A DNA stretch of 51,787 nucleotides from assembly GCA_041628815.1 (NCBI GenBank), contig JBFKOL010000001.1, positions 1-51,787 on the forward strand, in the 5' to 3' direction. The notes under the pieces are model-generated. The model saw only the letters and a program-made list of their open reading frames with translations, did not search any database and was not told the origin of the DNA. Each line of letters starts with the position of its first letter. Positions within the stretch are counted from its first letter, which is position 1. This document shows, one piece after another, positions 19,601-28,700 of this stretch. The translations under genes were made by a program, and so were the position numbers. This DNA comes from Saprospiraceae bacterium (GTDB lineage: Bacteria > Bacteroidota > Bacteroidia > Chitinophagales > Saprospiraceae).

Positions 19601-20931
19601 AGATCGTGGAACTACCTCTATACGTCTGGGATGCCAGTGGAAACTACGATTTCTGTACCGTCCGTGTACGTCTTGACGACAATTCTGATTATTGCGAGGA
19701 CATTGTCGATGGCGCAGCTGTGATAACCGGTTCGATTCGTACCGAAGGCGGAGAGTTGGTTGAGTCTGCCGAAGTAGAAGTTTTCTCGTATGGCCAAAAC
19801 TACCTCGGGCATAAAATGACCGGAGTAGAAGGCCAGTATGCCTTTATGGATACACCCATGGATTACGATTATGTGGTCACGGTTTCCAAAAACGATGGCA
19901 TACTCAATGGAGTAACGACTCTCGACCTGCTGTTGATCCAGCGCCATATTCTGAGTATAGGCTCGTTTACAAGCCCGTACAAGGTAATAGCGGCAGACAT
20001 TAATAATGATGAGCACATCACAGCCCTGGATCTCGTTGAGTTAAGGAGCCTCATCCTTGGTTTAAGAGAGGATTTTGCAAACAATAGGTCCTGGAGGTTC
20101 ATAAACGCGTACCAGAAATTTGATGATATTCTCAGGCCATGGCCGCTGGAAGAAGAAATCAACATTTTTGATTTGCCTTCTCACATGGATAAGCAGGACT
20201 TCATAGCCGTTAAGGTTGGGGATGTAAATGGTACAGCCATAGCCAACTCACTTTCAGCCGGTGGACGCAGTGTCAATGCTGCCTACTTGACAGGGAAAGA
20301 TGTTTGGCTGGAGAAGGACCAGGAAAAGACCGTTCATCTAAAGTTGGACGAACCAGAAGGGATTCACGGTTTCCAACTTGCACTGGATATTGAAAATGCA
20401 GATCTCAAATCTGTTTTCTCCAATGTCATTCTCACCGACGATCAAATGGTCCTCGGTCCACGCAACCTGAAGATGTCGTGGACAGGTGACGTGAATCGTC
20501 CAGCGAATGAAGTGGTCCTCTCCATGACTTTGAAAGCTGACAAAAGAATCAGACTTTCAGAGGTGATAAGGCTGAACTCTGAACTCATGAGTGCAGAAAG
20601 TTATGTCGGATCAGCGCTGAATACTGAGAAAATAATCGTCCAGTTAGAGGATAACACCGAAAATGGAATGGTATTTGATCTTTATCAGAACAGACCGAAC
20701 CCTTTTTCTGATGAAACGGTAGTAGGCTTTGTATTGCCTAAAGCAGGCGATGCAGATTTGAAGATTTATGACATAACAGGTAAACAGATTTACAAGCTGT
20801 CTCGATCCTACGACTCGGGATACCAAGAAATACGGATCCAAAAGGAACTACTTAAAGGTTCTGGCGTGTTGTATTATCAACTCAGCTTTGAAGGAAATAT
20901 CGCTACGCGAAAGATGATATTGATTGAATAA
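16603..20931 (+). CDS. giant T9SS-secreted surface protein A (HYR-like repeats, carboxypeptidase-regulatory-like, dockerin-like and cohesin-like segments, type-A Por C-terminal sorting domain)
   Basis: 1442-aa ORF with an N-terminal hydrophobic leader. Cys-rich modules repeat, with RSWYIINWC, RTFTIIDWC and VRWKATDECGN motifs. It contains ADINNDEHITALDLVELRSLILG (EF-hand/dockerin-like). The C-terminal tail is LYQNRPNPFSDETVVGFVL...LKIYDITGKQI...GVLYYQL, typical of type-A T9SS sorting domains. Confidence 0.8.
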   Translation: MPKSYLTLISRRLNELWYLTLVYFVCIIPLSGQGNSVSCHGALQVSLDVNCEAEINGLTILTGESPFDKPTDFLVTVTEKGTYNVPPSVFSGSGSGLTFSNTNSGEFIRFTEPGNFVVSVERKSSGLSCWGYVYVENKLPPAPENCACPDTATVIADSCRFSCASIELFFQNAVVTDSAGLNPEFVKNCASSEDPVFSDELVEDTICGNWYIIRTWKAKVTNSHGTQVSALNCKQKFLFEAIESEDIHPPKSKVTVDCGVSTHPDSLLAYFSNTSIFPDANKDDAVACAYPYLVDSIPNYQVIIPPKDSIGICVTERDSTIKLLQWYSETKQALFSTQEACGAPDCEPIWIITTEIIKEERECVISQTDADTITMTRFPIGKHLRKGSLSDRCKITSTFKDSPKIPICGPDNDPTSYKFVRSWYIINWCTNEAINDIHQIIKVVDTIPPMYSVPDTLPLVSTDPWTCVRNVGIPAPVNLKDNCTPSQRLTWKARIYINGGYKEANAANNYIFTNLEVGEYDVVYEVSDECDNTREMKSKVKIIDRAKPIVITKSVIVVTFSEFEGNCTAKIFPHNVDGGSHDACDGNKVLKEIKRFSDSKYGEFVKFDEDDLTGINDLGVPYGEVKVEIKVTDKSGNYSIGWTTVRVEDKGSQIVVDCGKSDIKLDCHEDLETAIDQYKPKVTLKACEDKLLDVGHVITKNNLNPKCNTGTIYVEYRLSGDSICSKKFYFGDIDSTRIIWPDEEIIASCNDAYFGDPIINDEYCSLLAQSLEVREFDLPEGTGYCKKIIRTFTIIDWCLYKVNSNNDTLGLYRFNQVIKIKDDVKPDITCIAQDIPIGPTCRKSGFSVSARGSDGGDCSSENLEWEARLDINGDGYFEYELAPTVSPGSDLASAVVDTLLTNGTYFVRWKATDECGNSDVKVCAFNLIDDKAPTPVCISNISTALMNTSGQVTIWASDFDPTGKSDDACGHPLYYSFSDTSAHVPSLTFDCYDIPNGISQIVELPLYVWDASGNYDFCTVRVRLDDNSDYCEDIVDGAAVITGSIRTEGGELVESAEVEVFSYGQNYLGHKMTGVEGQYAFMDTPMDYDYVVTVSKNDGILNGVTTLDLLLIQRHILSIGSFTSPYKVIAADINNDEHITALDLVELRSLILGLREDFANNRSWRFINAYQKFDDILRPWPLEEEINIFDLPSHMDKQDFIAVKVGDVNGTAIANSLSAGGRSVNAAYLTGKDVWLEKDQEKTVHLKLDEPEGIHGFQLALDIENADLKSVFSNVILTDDQMVLGPRNLKMSWTGDVNRPANEVVLSMTLKADKRIRLSEVIRLNSELMSAESYVGSALNTEKIIVQLEDNTENGMVFDLYQNRPNPFSDETVVGFVLPKAGDADLKIYDITGKQIYKLSRSYDSGYQEIRIQKELLKGSGVLYYQLSFEGNIATRKMILIE

Positions 20932-20974
20932 TCTTTTTCATAGTGTTTGGTTATTAAAATTGAGTAATTCGTCC

Positions 20975-21004
20975 GCCACGCCGTCAGGCGTGGCTTTTTT
21001 TTTT
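20975..21004 (+). terminator. rho-independent terminator after giant gene A
   Basis: GCCACGCC-gtca-GGCGTGGC is followed by ten T residues. Confidence 0.8.
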
Positions 21005-21079
21005 GCCGGGTTGCAAAAGGTTAGAGGTCTGGTAAACCCGCAAGAATGGAATAGGGAAAGGAGCTACGCTACTTGTATT

Positions 21080-22579
21080 TCAAAACTTAAATCCGAAAGT
21101 CAAACTGGCTCTCTGGAAGTCATAGCTCTGGGTAACGCTTTGTTCTCTGGAAGGATCAAGAAGAAGGTAAGGTGAAATCATCCTCGAGTAAGACCCGATC
21201 GTGTATGAAAAATCTACATATTGTCGGTCACCCCTGAATCCGATGCCCAAAGAATATTGAGGATTGACATTCATCCTGTCTGTATCGTCAAAAACCCCAT
21301 TGAGAAGGGCTGCACCAACGCGGACTCGAAACTTCTTATAAGCCAATTCTGAGCCAGCCCTGATATCAACAGATGAACCGAAGTCCGACTGGATGAAATT
21401 GTTCAGGTCGTCTTCAATAAATTGAGAAAAAGGATCAGAAGAATCAGCGGTAAGGTTGAATCGACCCAGTGTATATCGCGTATAAGATGCTTCTGCCGAG
21501 AAGAATCCTTTGATATCGCCAAGATCATATATGTATCCCAGCCCCACCAAAGCTTTCCATGGCGTAGAAAACCTGAAATCCAGTTCGTTAAGGGGCGATA
21601 ACCCCTCAAAATCCTCGGGCTGTCCGTCGTTGTTGGTAAGATAGTATTCCATGGAGGTGCTGTATTGGTCCTTGAGAAAATACCATGTGGGAGAGTGAAA
21701 TGCGCCACCGATCCTGAATTTGGGTGTCAATTTATAGATGAATCCGGCTTTGAGATTGATACCTATACCAGAAGTGGATTGGAGTTCATCAAAAAACAAC
21801 TCATCGAAAAATTCGACTTCAAATAAGTCATCTCTTTCCTGATAGGTTTTGTTTTCTTCAAAATTCACGATGGGCAGGCCCAGTGTGAAACCCAGCGAGA
21901 CCTTGTTCTTAAGGTTGGAAGCTATTGTAAAAAAGAGTTCCTGGATTGACCCGGAACGTTCCGTAAACTGGGACCTGAAAACTTGTTCATTAAAAGTTAC
22001 AAAGTCGGAGAGGTACTGTGTGCCACCATCAAAGTTGTATATGGCTCCCGCATCAAAAGCAGGTCCTCCTTCAAAAAAGTCGAGTTCGTCCGGGGTTAGG
22101 CCGGTTGCTTGTTCAAGGAATCTTTCTATGATGGTGCCTGGTGTGACACCTTCAAAATAAGTTGTTTGATGGAAGTCGGCAATTTTATTGATGCCTATGG
22201 CGAGATTGAAGGATTTGGTATTGAATGATGGGGGGTCATAAAAGAAAACGGCGGCCAGGTTGTCCAGTCCGAAATGAGTAGAAGATTCTTCCGATCGCGT
22301 AACTCCCAGGGAGGAGGTAGCTTTCACAATCGGAAGTCCAAGGGAAACCGTGAATTCACTTTTTCTGAATTCAGCAATTCCTGCCGGATTGGTATTGGCT
22401 ACCGACAAGTCTGCACCTAGCCCTCCGAAAGCTCCTCCTGCACCTGTGGATCTTGCGGTGCTGGAAGGCTGGAAAAGGCTAAACCTGATGGCATCTTCGA
22501 GTGTTTGTGCTTGCACACCAGCGGCCAAAAGCAACCCCACTAAAATCTGTGTAAAGCGCATGTTAATTTGTTCAGTCAT
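21080..22579 (-). CDS. FadL/OmpP1-like outer-membrane beta-barrel protein (function unknown)
   Basis: 499-aa ORF. Signal peptide MRFTQILVGLLLAAGVQAQ (probable start at the second Met, 22561). N-terminal block ARSTGAGGAFGGLGADLSVANTNPAGIAEF resembles the FadL-family plug motif. Alternating beta pattern; terminal aromatic residue (LTFGFKF). Confidence 0.6.
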   Translation of the reverse strand: MTEQINMRFTQILVGLLLAAGVQAQTLEDAIRFSLFQPSSTARSTGAGGAFGGLGADLSVANTNPAGIAEFRKSEFTVSLGLPIVKATSSLGVTRSEESSTHFGLDNLAAVFFYDPPSFNTKSFNLAIGINKIADFHQTTYFEGVTPGTIIERFLEQATGLTPDELDFFEGGPAFDAGAIYNFDGGTQYLSDFVTFNEQVFRSQFTERSGSIQELFFTIASNLKNKVSLGFTLGLPIVNFEENKTYQERDDLFEVEFFDELFFDELQSTSGIGINLKAGFIYKLTPKFRIGGAFHSPTWYFLKDQYSTSMEYYLTNNDGQPEDFEGLSPLNELDFRFSTPWKALVGLGYIYDLGDIKGFFSAEASYTRYTLGRFNLTADSSDPFSQFIEDDLNNFIQSDFGSSVDIRAGSELAYKKFRVRVGAALLNGVFDDTDRMNVNPQYSLGIGFRGDRQYVDFSYTIGSYSRMISPYLLLDPSREQSVTQSYDFQRASLTFGFKF

Positions 22580-22590
22580 CTTAAAGGACT

Positions 22591-22626
22591 AAAAAAAATG
22601 GGTGATCGCAAAAAATGCTACCACCC
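22591..22626 (-). terminator. candidate intrinsic terminator/attenuator between the low-complexity gene and the barrel gene
   Basis: The minus strand reads GGGTGGTAGCAtttttTGCGATCACCC followed by ATTTTTTTT. The stem is imperfect (5+3 bp with an internal loop) and is followed by a T8 run. Confidence 0.4.
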
Positions 22627-22650
22627 AACTTATATTTTTTCAGCTTGAAA

Positions 22651-23811
22651 TTACCTTGGAGTCGTTCCTGATTTCCTGCCGGAAGACCTTCCTGAGGATC
22701 TTGGACTTGAAGATCTTGTTGATGAACGCGTTGAGGTAGATCTGCTGCTTCCGGACCGGCTTGTGCCAATACTCCGTGTGGAAGACCTCGTGCCAGATGG
22801 CTGGTACGATGACCTTGAAGAGGAGCCCACTCTGCTGTTCGTTCTAGAATTAGACGATCTGGGATTTACCCTTGTGCCGGTAGATCTTGTCGATGTCCTT
22901 CGCGATGAGCTGGTACCTATTCTGTTTCTGTCGGATACTGCTTTCCTTGAAGAGATATTCCTGTCACGGGTGTTGCCTGAGTTCCTTACTGATCTCCTTG
23001 TAGAAGTTGATGTAGTATTGGTCCTGACAGAAGAAGTATTCACATAAGATGTATTTCTTCTTGTAGAAGTTGTGGTGGTACCGGTCCTTCGCGTCGTATT
23101 GACTACGTTATTGCTGACCACACCGTTGTTAAATCTCGACAACCGGTTGGAAGCGACTCCGCCATAATAAGGCGGGCAGTAGTATCCGCCACCAAATCCC
23201 CGTGAAAATCCGCCATATCCTCCATAGCCAATTCCAAATGGATTATATCCAAATCCCCTTCCGTATCCTATTCCTATGCCTACGTACAGACCGGATGTCC
23301 TCCATGGATTGTAGAACGAAGAGAATGGATCGGCATATGGGCCGTATCCGTAATACGATCTCAGCCTTGTGTAGGATGGTCCAAAAATTAACTGATTCCG
23401 TATGTAACTGGCGAAGAAAGGGTCATTGGCATACCTGGAGAGAAAATAGGAATCAAATCCCGCTCCCGTGCCCCAGTAAGGTACGCCATAGTAATTCGAG
23501 GTAAAAATGGCCAACCTGTACCTCTGGAGGCGGTTTGTATATTGGTATCCATCGATCTCAAAATCGTTGGAATAATAGTCGATGTATTCATCGATCTCGT
23601 CGTCATACGTATATGCTTCGCTTTCCTGGTAAGCCTCAGAATCAAACTCGTCATCATTGTAGGCATAATACTCGTCTGGAGCTGACAATGACTCACTACC
23701 ATCAAAGTATAGATCGTCGAATTGTGCAGTCAGCGCTATGGCGTTAAAAAGTGCCAAAGCAGCGACGAAGAGAAGGGAGGTGATTTTTTTCATGACAATA
23801 TGCATTTTCAT
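22651..23811 (-). CDS. secreted low-complexity protein: acidic D/E/Y-rich head, G/Y/F-rich core, Ser/Thr/Arg-rich basic tail
   Basis: 386-aa ORF. The likely start is Met7 (23793), giving signal peptide MKKITSLLFVAALALFNAIALTAQ. The head reads FDDLYFDGSESL..DEYYAYNDDEFDSEAYQESEAYTYDDEIDEYIDYY and the core GIGIGYGRGFGYNPFGIGYGGYGGFSRGFGGGYY. By my count, the last ~149 residues contain about 45 Ser, 30 Thr and 31 Arg. Confidence 0.6.
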   Translation of the reverse strand: MKMHIVMKKITSLLFVAALALFNAIALTAQFDDLYFDGSESLSAPDEYYAYNDDEFDSEAYQESEAYTYDDEIDEYIDYYSNDFEIDGYQYTNRLQRYRLAIFTSNYYGVPYWGTGAGFDSYFLSRYANDPFFASYIRNQLIFGPSYTRLRSYYGYGPYADPFSSFYNPWRTSGLYVGIGIGYGRGFGYNPFGIGYGGYGGFSRGFGGGYYCPPYYGGVASNRLSRFNNGVVSNNVVNTTRRTGTTTTSTRRNTSYVNTSSVRTNTTSTSTRRSVRNSGNTRDRNISSRKAVSDRNRIGTSSSRRTSTRSTGTRVNPRSSNSRTNSRVGSSSRSSYQPSGTRSSTRSIGTSRSGSSRSTSTRSSTRSSSPRSSGRSSGRKSGTTPR

Positions 23812-24015
23812 TATTTCAGTGAGCTCGTATTTCTACACCCACAATTTATTACTTTTATGCCCACTTGGCCGTTAATTAATATTTAAAGTTGTGCATTTAT
23901 GGCTGTTAAAACTGTTAACAACGACTGAAAATAGCACAATTACTAATAGGAAAACGCAATCATCAAAGCCCCCGTTCCGGCGGTACATTATTTTAGTTTT
24001 ATTTAACGACATACG

Positions 24016-25482
24016 ATGGCAAAGGAGATAACTCCCAGGAGTGAAAATTATTCGCAATGGTATTTGGATATCGTCCGCAAGGCGGGTCTGGCCGATAATT
24101 CGGCCGTCAGGGGATGCATGGTCATCAAGCCCAACGGCTTCGCTATCTGGGAGAATATGAAAGCACAGTTAGACAGCATGTTCAAGGAACATGGTCATGT
24201 CAATGCCTATTTCCCCCTTTTTATACCTAAGAGTTTCCTCAGCAAGGAAGCAGATCACGTTGAGGGATTTGCCAAAGAATGTGCGGTGGTAACGCACCAC
24301 AGGCTGATGAACAATCCCGACGGAAGTGGTGTAGTGGTTGATCCGTCGGCAAAATTGGAGGAGGAGTTGGTCGTCAGACCCACTTCAGAAACCATTATCT
24401 GGAACACTTACCGCGACTGGATACAATCGTATCGCGATTTACCCCTACTCATTAACCAATGGGCCAATGTTGTCCGTTGGGAGATGCGTACCAGGCCATT
24501 CTTGCGCACTACTGAATTTTTATGGCAGGAAGGGCATACCGCCCATGCTACCCGGCAGGAAGCTATCGAAGAAGCCGAACTGATACATGAAGTTTATGCG
24601 CGTTTTGCCGAAGACTACATGGCGATGCCTGTCATTAAAGGAGTGAAGACACCCAACGAACGCTTTGCAGGAGCGCTGGAAACATACACCATCGAATCCA
24701 TGATGCAGGACGGGCGTGCTTTGCAGGCTGGGACTTCCCACTTCCTCGGCCAAAATTTTGCCAAGGCCTTTGAAGTGAAATTCCTCACCGAGAGCAATAC
24801 GGAAGAATACGTTTGGGCGACATCATGGGGAGTCTCCACAAGGCTCGTAGGGGGACTCATCATGACGCACTCCGATGACGATGGACTCGTAGTGCCCCCT
24901 AGGTTGGCACCACTGCAGGTAGTCATTGTCCCCATCCCTAAGCCTAGTGAGGAAATTATGTCGATCGGACAGAAGATTGCCGACCAACTCAGATCGAAAA
25001 ATATTTCCGTCCTGGTAGATGATGACGACAAAAAGCGGCCGGGCTTTAAGTTTGCCGAATATGAAATGCGAGGCATCCCGGTAAGAATCGGGATCGGCAA
25101 ACGGGATATTGCGAAAAACCAGGTTGAGGTAGCCAGGCGCGATACCAAGGAAAAGAACTTTGTTCCCATGTCTACGATAGTTGAACATATTGAACAATTG
25201 CTGGAAGACATCCAGTCTAACCTGCTGAAAAAAGCGCTCAAATTCAGATCAGATTACACGACCTACTGTGACAACGAGCAGTCCTTCAAAGAGGTCATTT
25301 CAGAAAAAGGGGGATTCGTCATGGCACACTGGGATGGTACCGAAGAGACGGAACAAATGGTAAAAGAAACGACCAAAGCCACCATAAGGTGTATTCCTCT
25401 CGATCAGGAAGTTCAAAATGGGATTGATCCTTTCAGTGGCAAACCTTCAAAGGGAAGGGTCGTATATGCCAAAGCCTATTAA
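24016..25482 (+). CDS. proS: prolyl-tRNA synthetase (archaeal/eukaryote-like class II type)
   Basis: 488-aa ORF beginning [23 protein letters not shown]......[12 protein letters not shown]. Class II motifs are present ([29 protein letters not shown]), followed by an anticodon-binding domain and a C-terminal domain. Confidence 0.95.
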   Translation: MAKEITPRSENYSQWYLDIVRKAGLADNSAVRGCMVIKPNGFAIWENMKAQLDSMFKEHGHVNAYFPLFIPKSFLSKEADHVEGFAKECAVVTHHRLMNNPDGSGVVVDPSAKLEEELVVRPTSETIIWNTYRDWIQSYRDLPLLINQWANVVRWEMRTRPFLRTTEFLWQEGHTAHATRQEAIEEAELIHEVYARFAEDYMAMPVIKGVKTPNERFAGALETYTIESMMQDGRALQAGTSHFLGQNFAKAFEVKFLTESNTEEYVWATSWGVSTRLVGGLIMTHSDDDGLVVPPRLAPLQVVIVPIPKPSEEIMSIGQKIADQLRSKNISVLVDDDDKKRPGFKFAEYEMRGIPVRIGIGKRDIAKNQVEVARRDTKEKNFVPMSTIVEHIEQLLEDIQSNLLKKALKFRSDYTTYCDNEQSFKEVISEKGGFVMAHWDGTEETEQMVKETTKATIRCIPLDQEVQNGIDPFSGKPSKGRVVYAKAY

Positions 25483-25770
25483 AATTTTACCTTCTTTCTG
25501 AGGCCAAAGAGCTTCGCCTTTAAGCTGGAGGCAATGCTCAATTTCTCAGGTATATCTCTTATATAATCGTATAGTATATGTATAAATGATTCAATCTATC
25601 CAAAATAGATATTAATTTTTTTTCTATACGAATACCTTACATATTAAATATAATTATATATTTGCTCAACGAGTTTGTTTGCCTTTCTGACGAATGGGTG
25701 TCCGCCTTGCTTAACGGGATGAGATACCGGAACCTATGGCACCTTAGTGAATTATTAAAGGCACGAGTAA

Positions 25771-28700
25771 ATGAGTTTCATAATATCCCAAAGCAGTGCG
25801 GGTATCCGCATTGTGCTTGGCATCATTGTTATCTTATGGTACGGCCAACAAGCCCATGCCCAGATTACCGCCAATGCATCTTGCGAAACAGTCACCAATA
25901 GCGAAGAATACGTTGTTAAGTTTAGAAACCTTCCGGCAGGCACCTACCGGGTATGGATTGACAATGCACTGGACACAACGATAATCGCCACCCTTCTCGC
26001 AGACAGTTCTTATTCCACTTCTCAGGCGTTCCTTGATGGCACAAAAACACTGGCCGTCCGACTCATAGATATCACCGTACCTTTGACGCCGGACACCACC
26101 GATTTTGTGGTCCATGAGGCGCTTTGTATCGATGCGGATGGCGACGATGTATTTGATTTTAACAAGGCCACTTGCGATTATACGATGCCACTACCTACGA
26201 ATGGTGTAATCGTTTCGACCGTGGCTCCCTACAATACTTCCAATGTTTACTTGTATGTTTTAGCGGATAGCAATGGGGTGGTCCAAAGTGCCGCCCAGAA
26301 TTATAAAGGACATTTTACCGGACTTGAAAATGGTGTGTACCAGGTGCATGCCTATAATTTTTTGGATACAGCGGAGGCAAACCAGTTTTTGGACAGTCTG
26401 ACAGTCGGAGTGACAGACCTTGACGGATTCAATGTTTCAAGCCCTGCTTGTTACAATTGGTGCGGGTCTGCAAGCTATACGGTGGACTGCGAGTGTCTCA
26501 TCAATATCGATGCCGATCCTGTGGATGTAACAGTCTGTCCTGAAAGCGATGGAGAGTTTTTCGTTGTTACCTCAATTGGTCCACCATTACCCGATGGTGC
26601 AGCGCTCGAATACCAGTGGCAGGAGGATTCCGGCTCGGGGTTTACCAATGTCGCAGATACGGATTCCATTCTTAATCTTACCAATATCGCCTTTGCCGAC
26701 AGTGGTAATATGTACCGCGTAATCATTACGCTGGATGTGGGAGGTACAGATATATGCCTGGACACGAGTGTTGCTGCGACATTGCATGTTTATCCGGATC
26801 CCGTCTTAGCCTCTGATCTTGACAATATGGTCTGTAGTGATGAACCCGGCGGAATCATACTCGCTGTTGCTGCAGGATCTGTGGCAGCTGACAGCTTTGA
26901 CATCGTCTCCATCACTGTTCCGGCGGGACTCACCGCTGATGCGGGCAATGCCTCAACTGGCCGCACTGCACAGGCCAATGTTTTGGCATCGGATATGTTT
27001 ACCAACCAAACTGGCTTCCCGGATACAGTTTTCTACGACGTGGCACCCATTAGTGGCACAGATTGTGTAGGCGATACGACCACTGTATTGCTAATCGTCC
27101 AGCCCGAACCACTCTTCACAAGCAATCTGGATGACGTGGCCTGTAGTGCCGAACCTGTCGGTGTCGTACTTCCATCAAAAGATGACAATGGACTGACAAT
27201 CGACAGCTTTTACGTCTCGCTGAGCATTCCCGGAACACTTTCTGCCGGCACAGCCAATTCAGGACCTACAAAAGATACCCTATTTATAGCATCGGACAAT
27301 TACTCCAACCTCACCGACGACGTAGACACCGTAATTTACACCGTGGCTCCGTTCTCTGACGGGTGCTTGGGGGATTCAATCATCATCAAGGTAGCCATAA
27401 AACCAGAACCAGTATTTGCAGTAAATATGAGCGGTGTGGCGTGTAGTGATAGTGACATAGGTGTCTTGCTGCCTTTGACAGATGACAGCGGTTTGAATAT
27501 ATCGAGTTTCGATATTGATACGGTATATGTTGGTCCGGGTTTAGTACCAGTAAAAAGTACCACCGGTGGCAATATGACGACCATCGACACCATTGCCGGT
27601 GATATGTATACCAATACGGGTCTTGCCGTGGACAGTGTCATCTACAGTGTAATACCTTACGGAGATGGTTGTGCCGGTGATACTTTCTCCATTGTTGTCA
27701 CGATTACACCCGAACCCGTTGGATCAGATCCCACACCTGTGGTCTGTAGTGACGAGGCTCTTTCCATCAACCTCCATGACTTGATCACCAATGGATCCTC
27801 GGTGGATTCATTCTTCTGGCAAGCAGCTGACAATGCCAATGTCGACGGTGAGACGTTGACGACGAGCAACGATACAATTATTACTGATGTCTTGACCAAT
27901 ACGACTACCACAGACCAGGTAGTAGTATACACCGTTACACCGAAGAGCGGTGATTGTATTGGTGACCCTTTTACTGTCACAGTCACCGTTACTCCTGAAC
28001 CAGTCGTAGCATCATTTGATCTTATGGTTTGCAGTGATGAACTATCTGGTATATTACTTCCTGACAGCTCTGACAACGACCTTGATATAGATAGCTTCAC
28101 GATTACTGCAGTGGTTGGTAGCAACCTGGTGGGAATCGCCACACAGGGCACTGGAATGACGGCTCTTGATACATTGGCCGGGGATAGCTTCACGAACAAC
28201 GCTTCAGCTGAAAATGATTCCGTGATTTATACGGTTACACCGTTCAGTGGAGGGTGCGAGGGAGATCCTTTCACCATAACGCTCATTGTGAAACCTGAAC
28301 CTGTATTGAACAGCCCGGCACTGGATGTCACGGTCTGCAGCCAGTCTGCTACCGGGGTTACGATGGCAGTAACCGCGACATCAATAGCTGCCACTTCGTA
28401 CAATATCGTTGCAATTGACAGTTCGACGATAAATTCCGCGGGCGGCAGTCCGGGTACAGGCATCACCAGTGATGCAGCGGAAATATCCGACGACATATGG
28501 GTCAACACCTCCGGAAGCCCGGTCGTGGTCACGTACTATGTTTCACCAATCAGTGCAGAGGGATGCGTAGGAGATACGGCGACAATCCAGGTGACCGTCA
28601 ATCCTGAAGTATTGGTGGATGCGGGTACGAAATCAGGTCCCGTTTGTTCGAATATGGATTCGATCATGTTTGTTGATTTTGACATCATTCCGGCTATCGG

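Noticed and set aside
22763-23047. 94-aa acidic Leu/Asp/Glu-rich ORF on the plus strand, and the 22581-22769 minus-strand ORF
   Set aside because: These are shadow frames of the Ser/Thr/Arg-rich tail of the 22651-23811 gene. Codon-periodic low-complexity DNA keeps several frames open, and the frame with a signal peptide and a long ORF is the coherent one.
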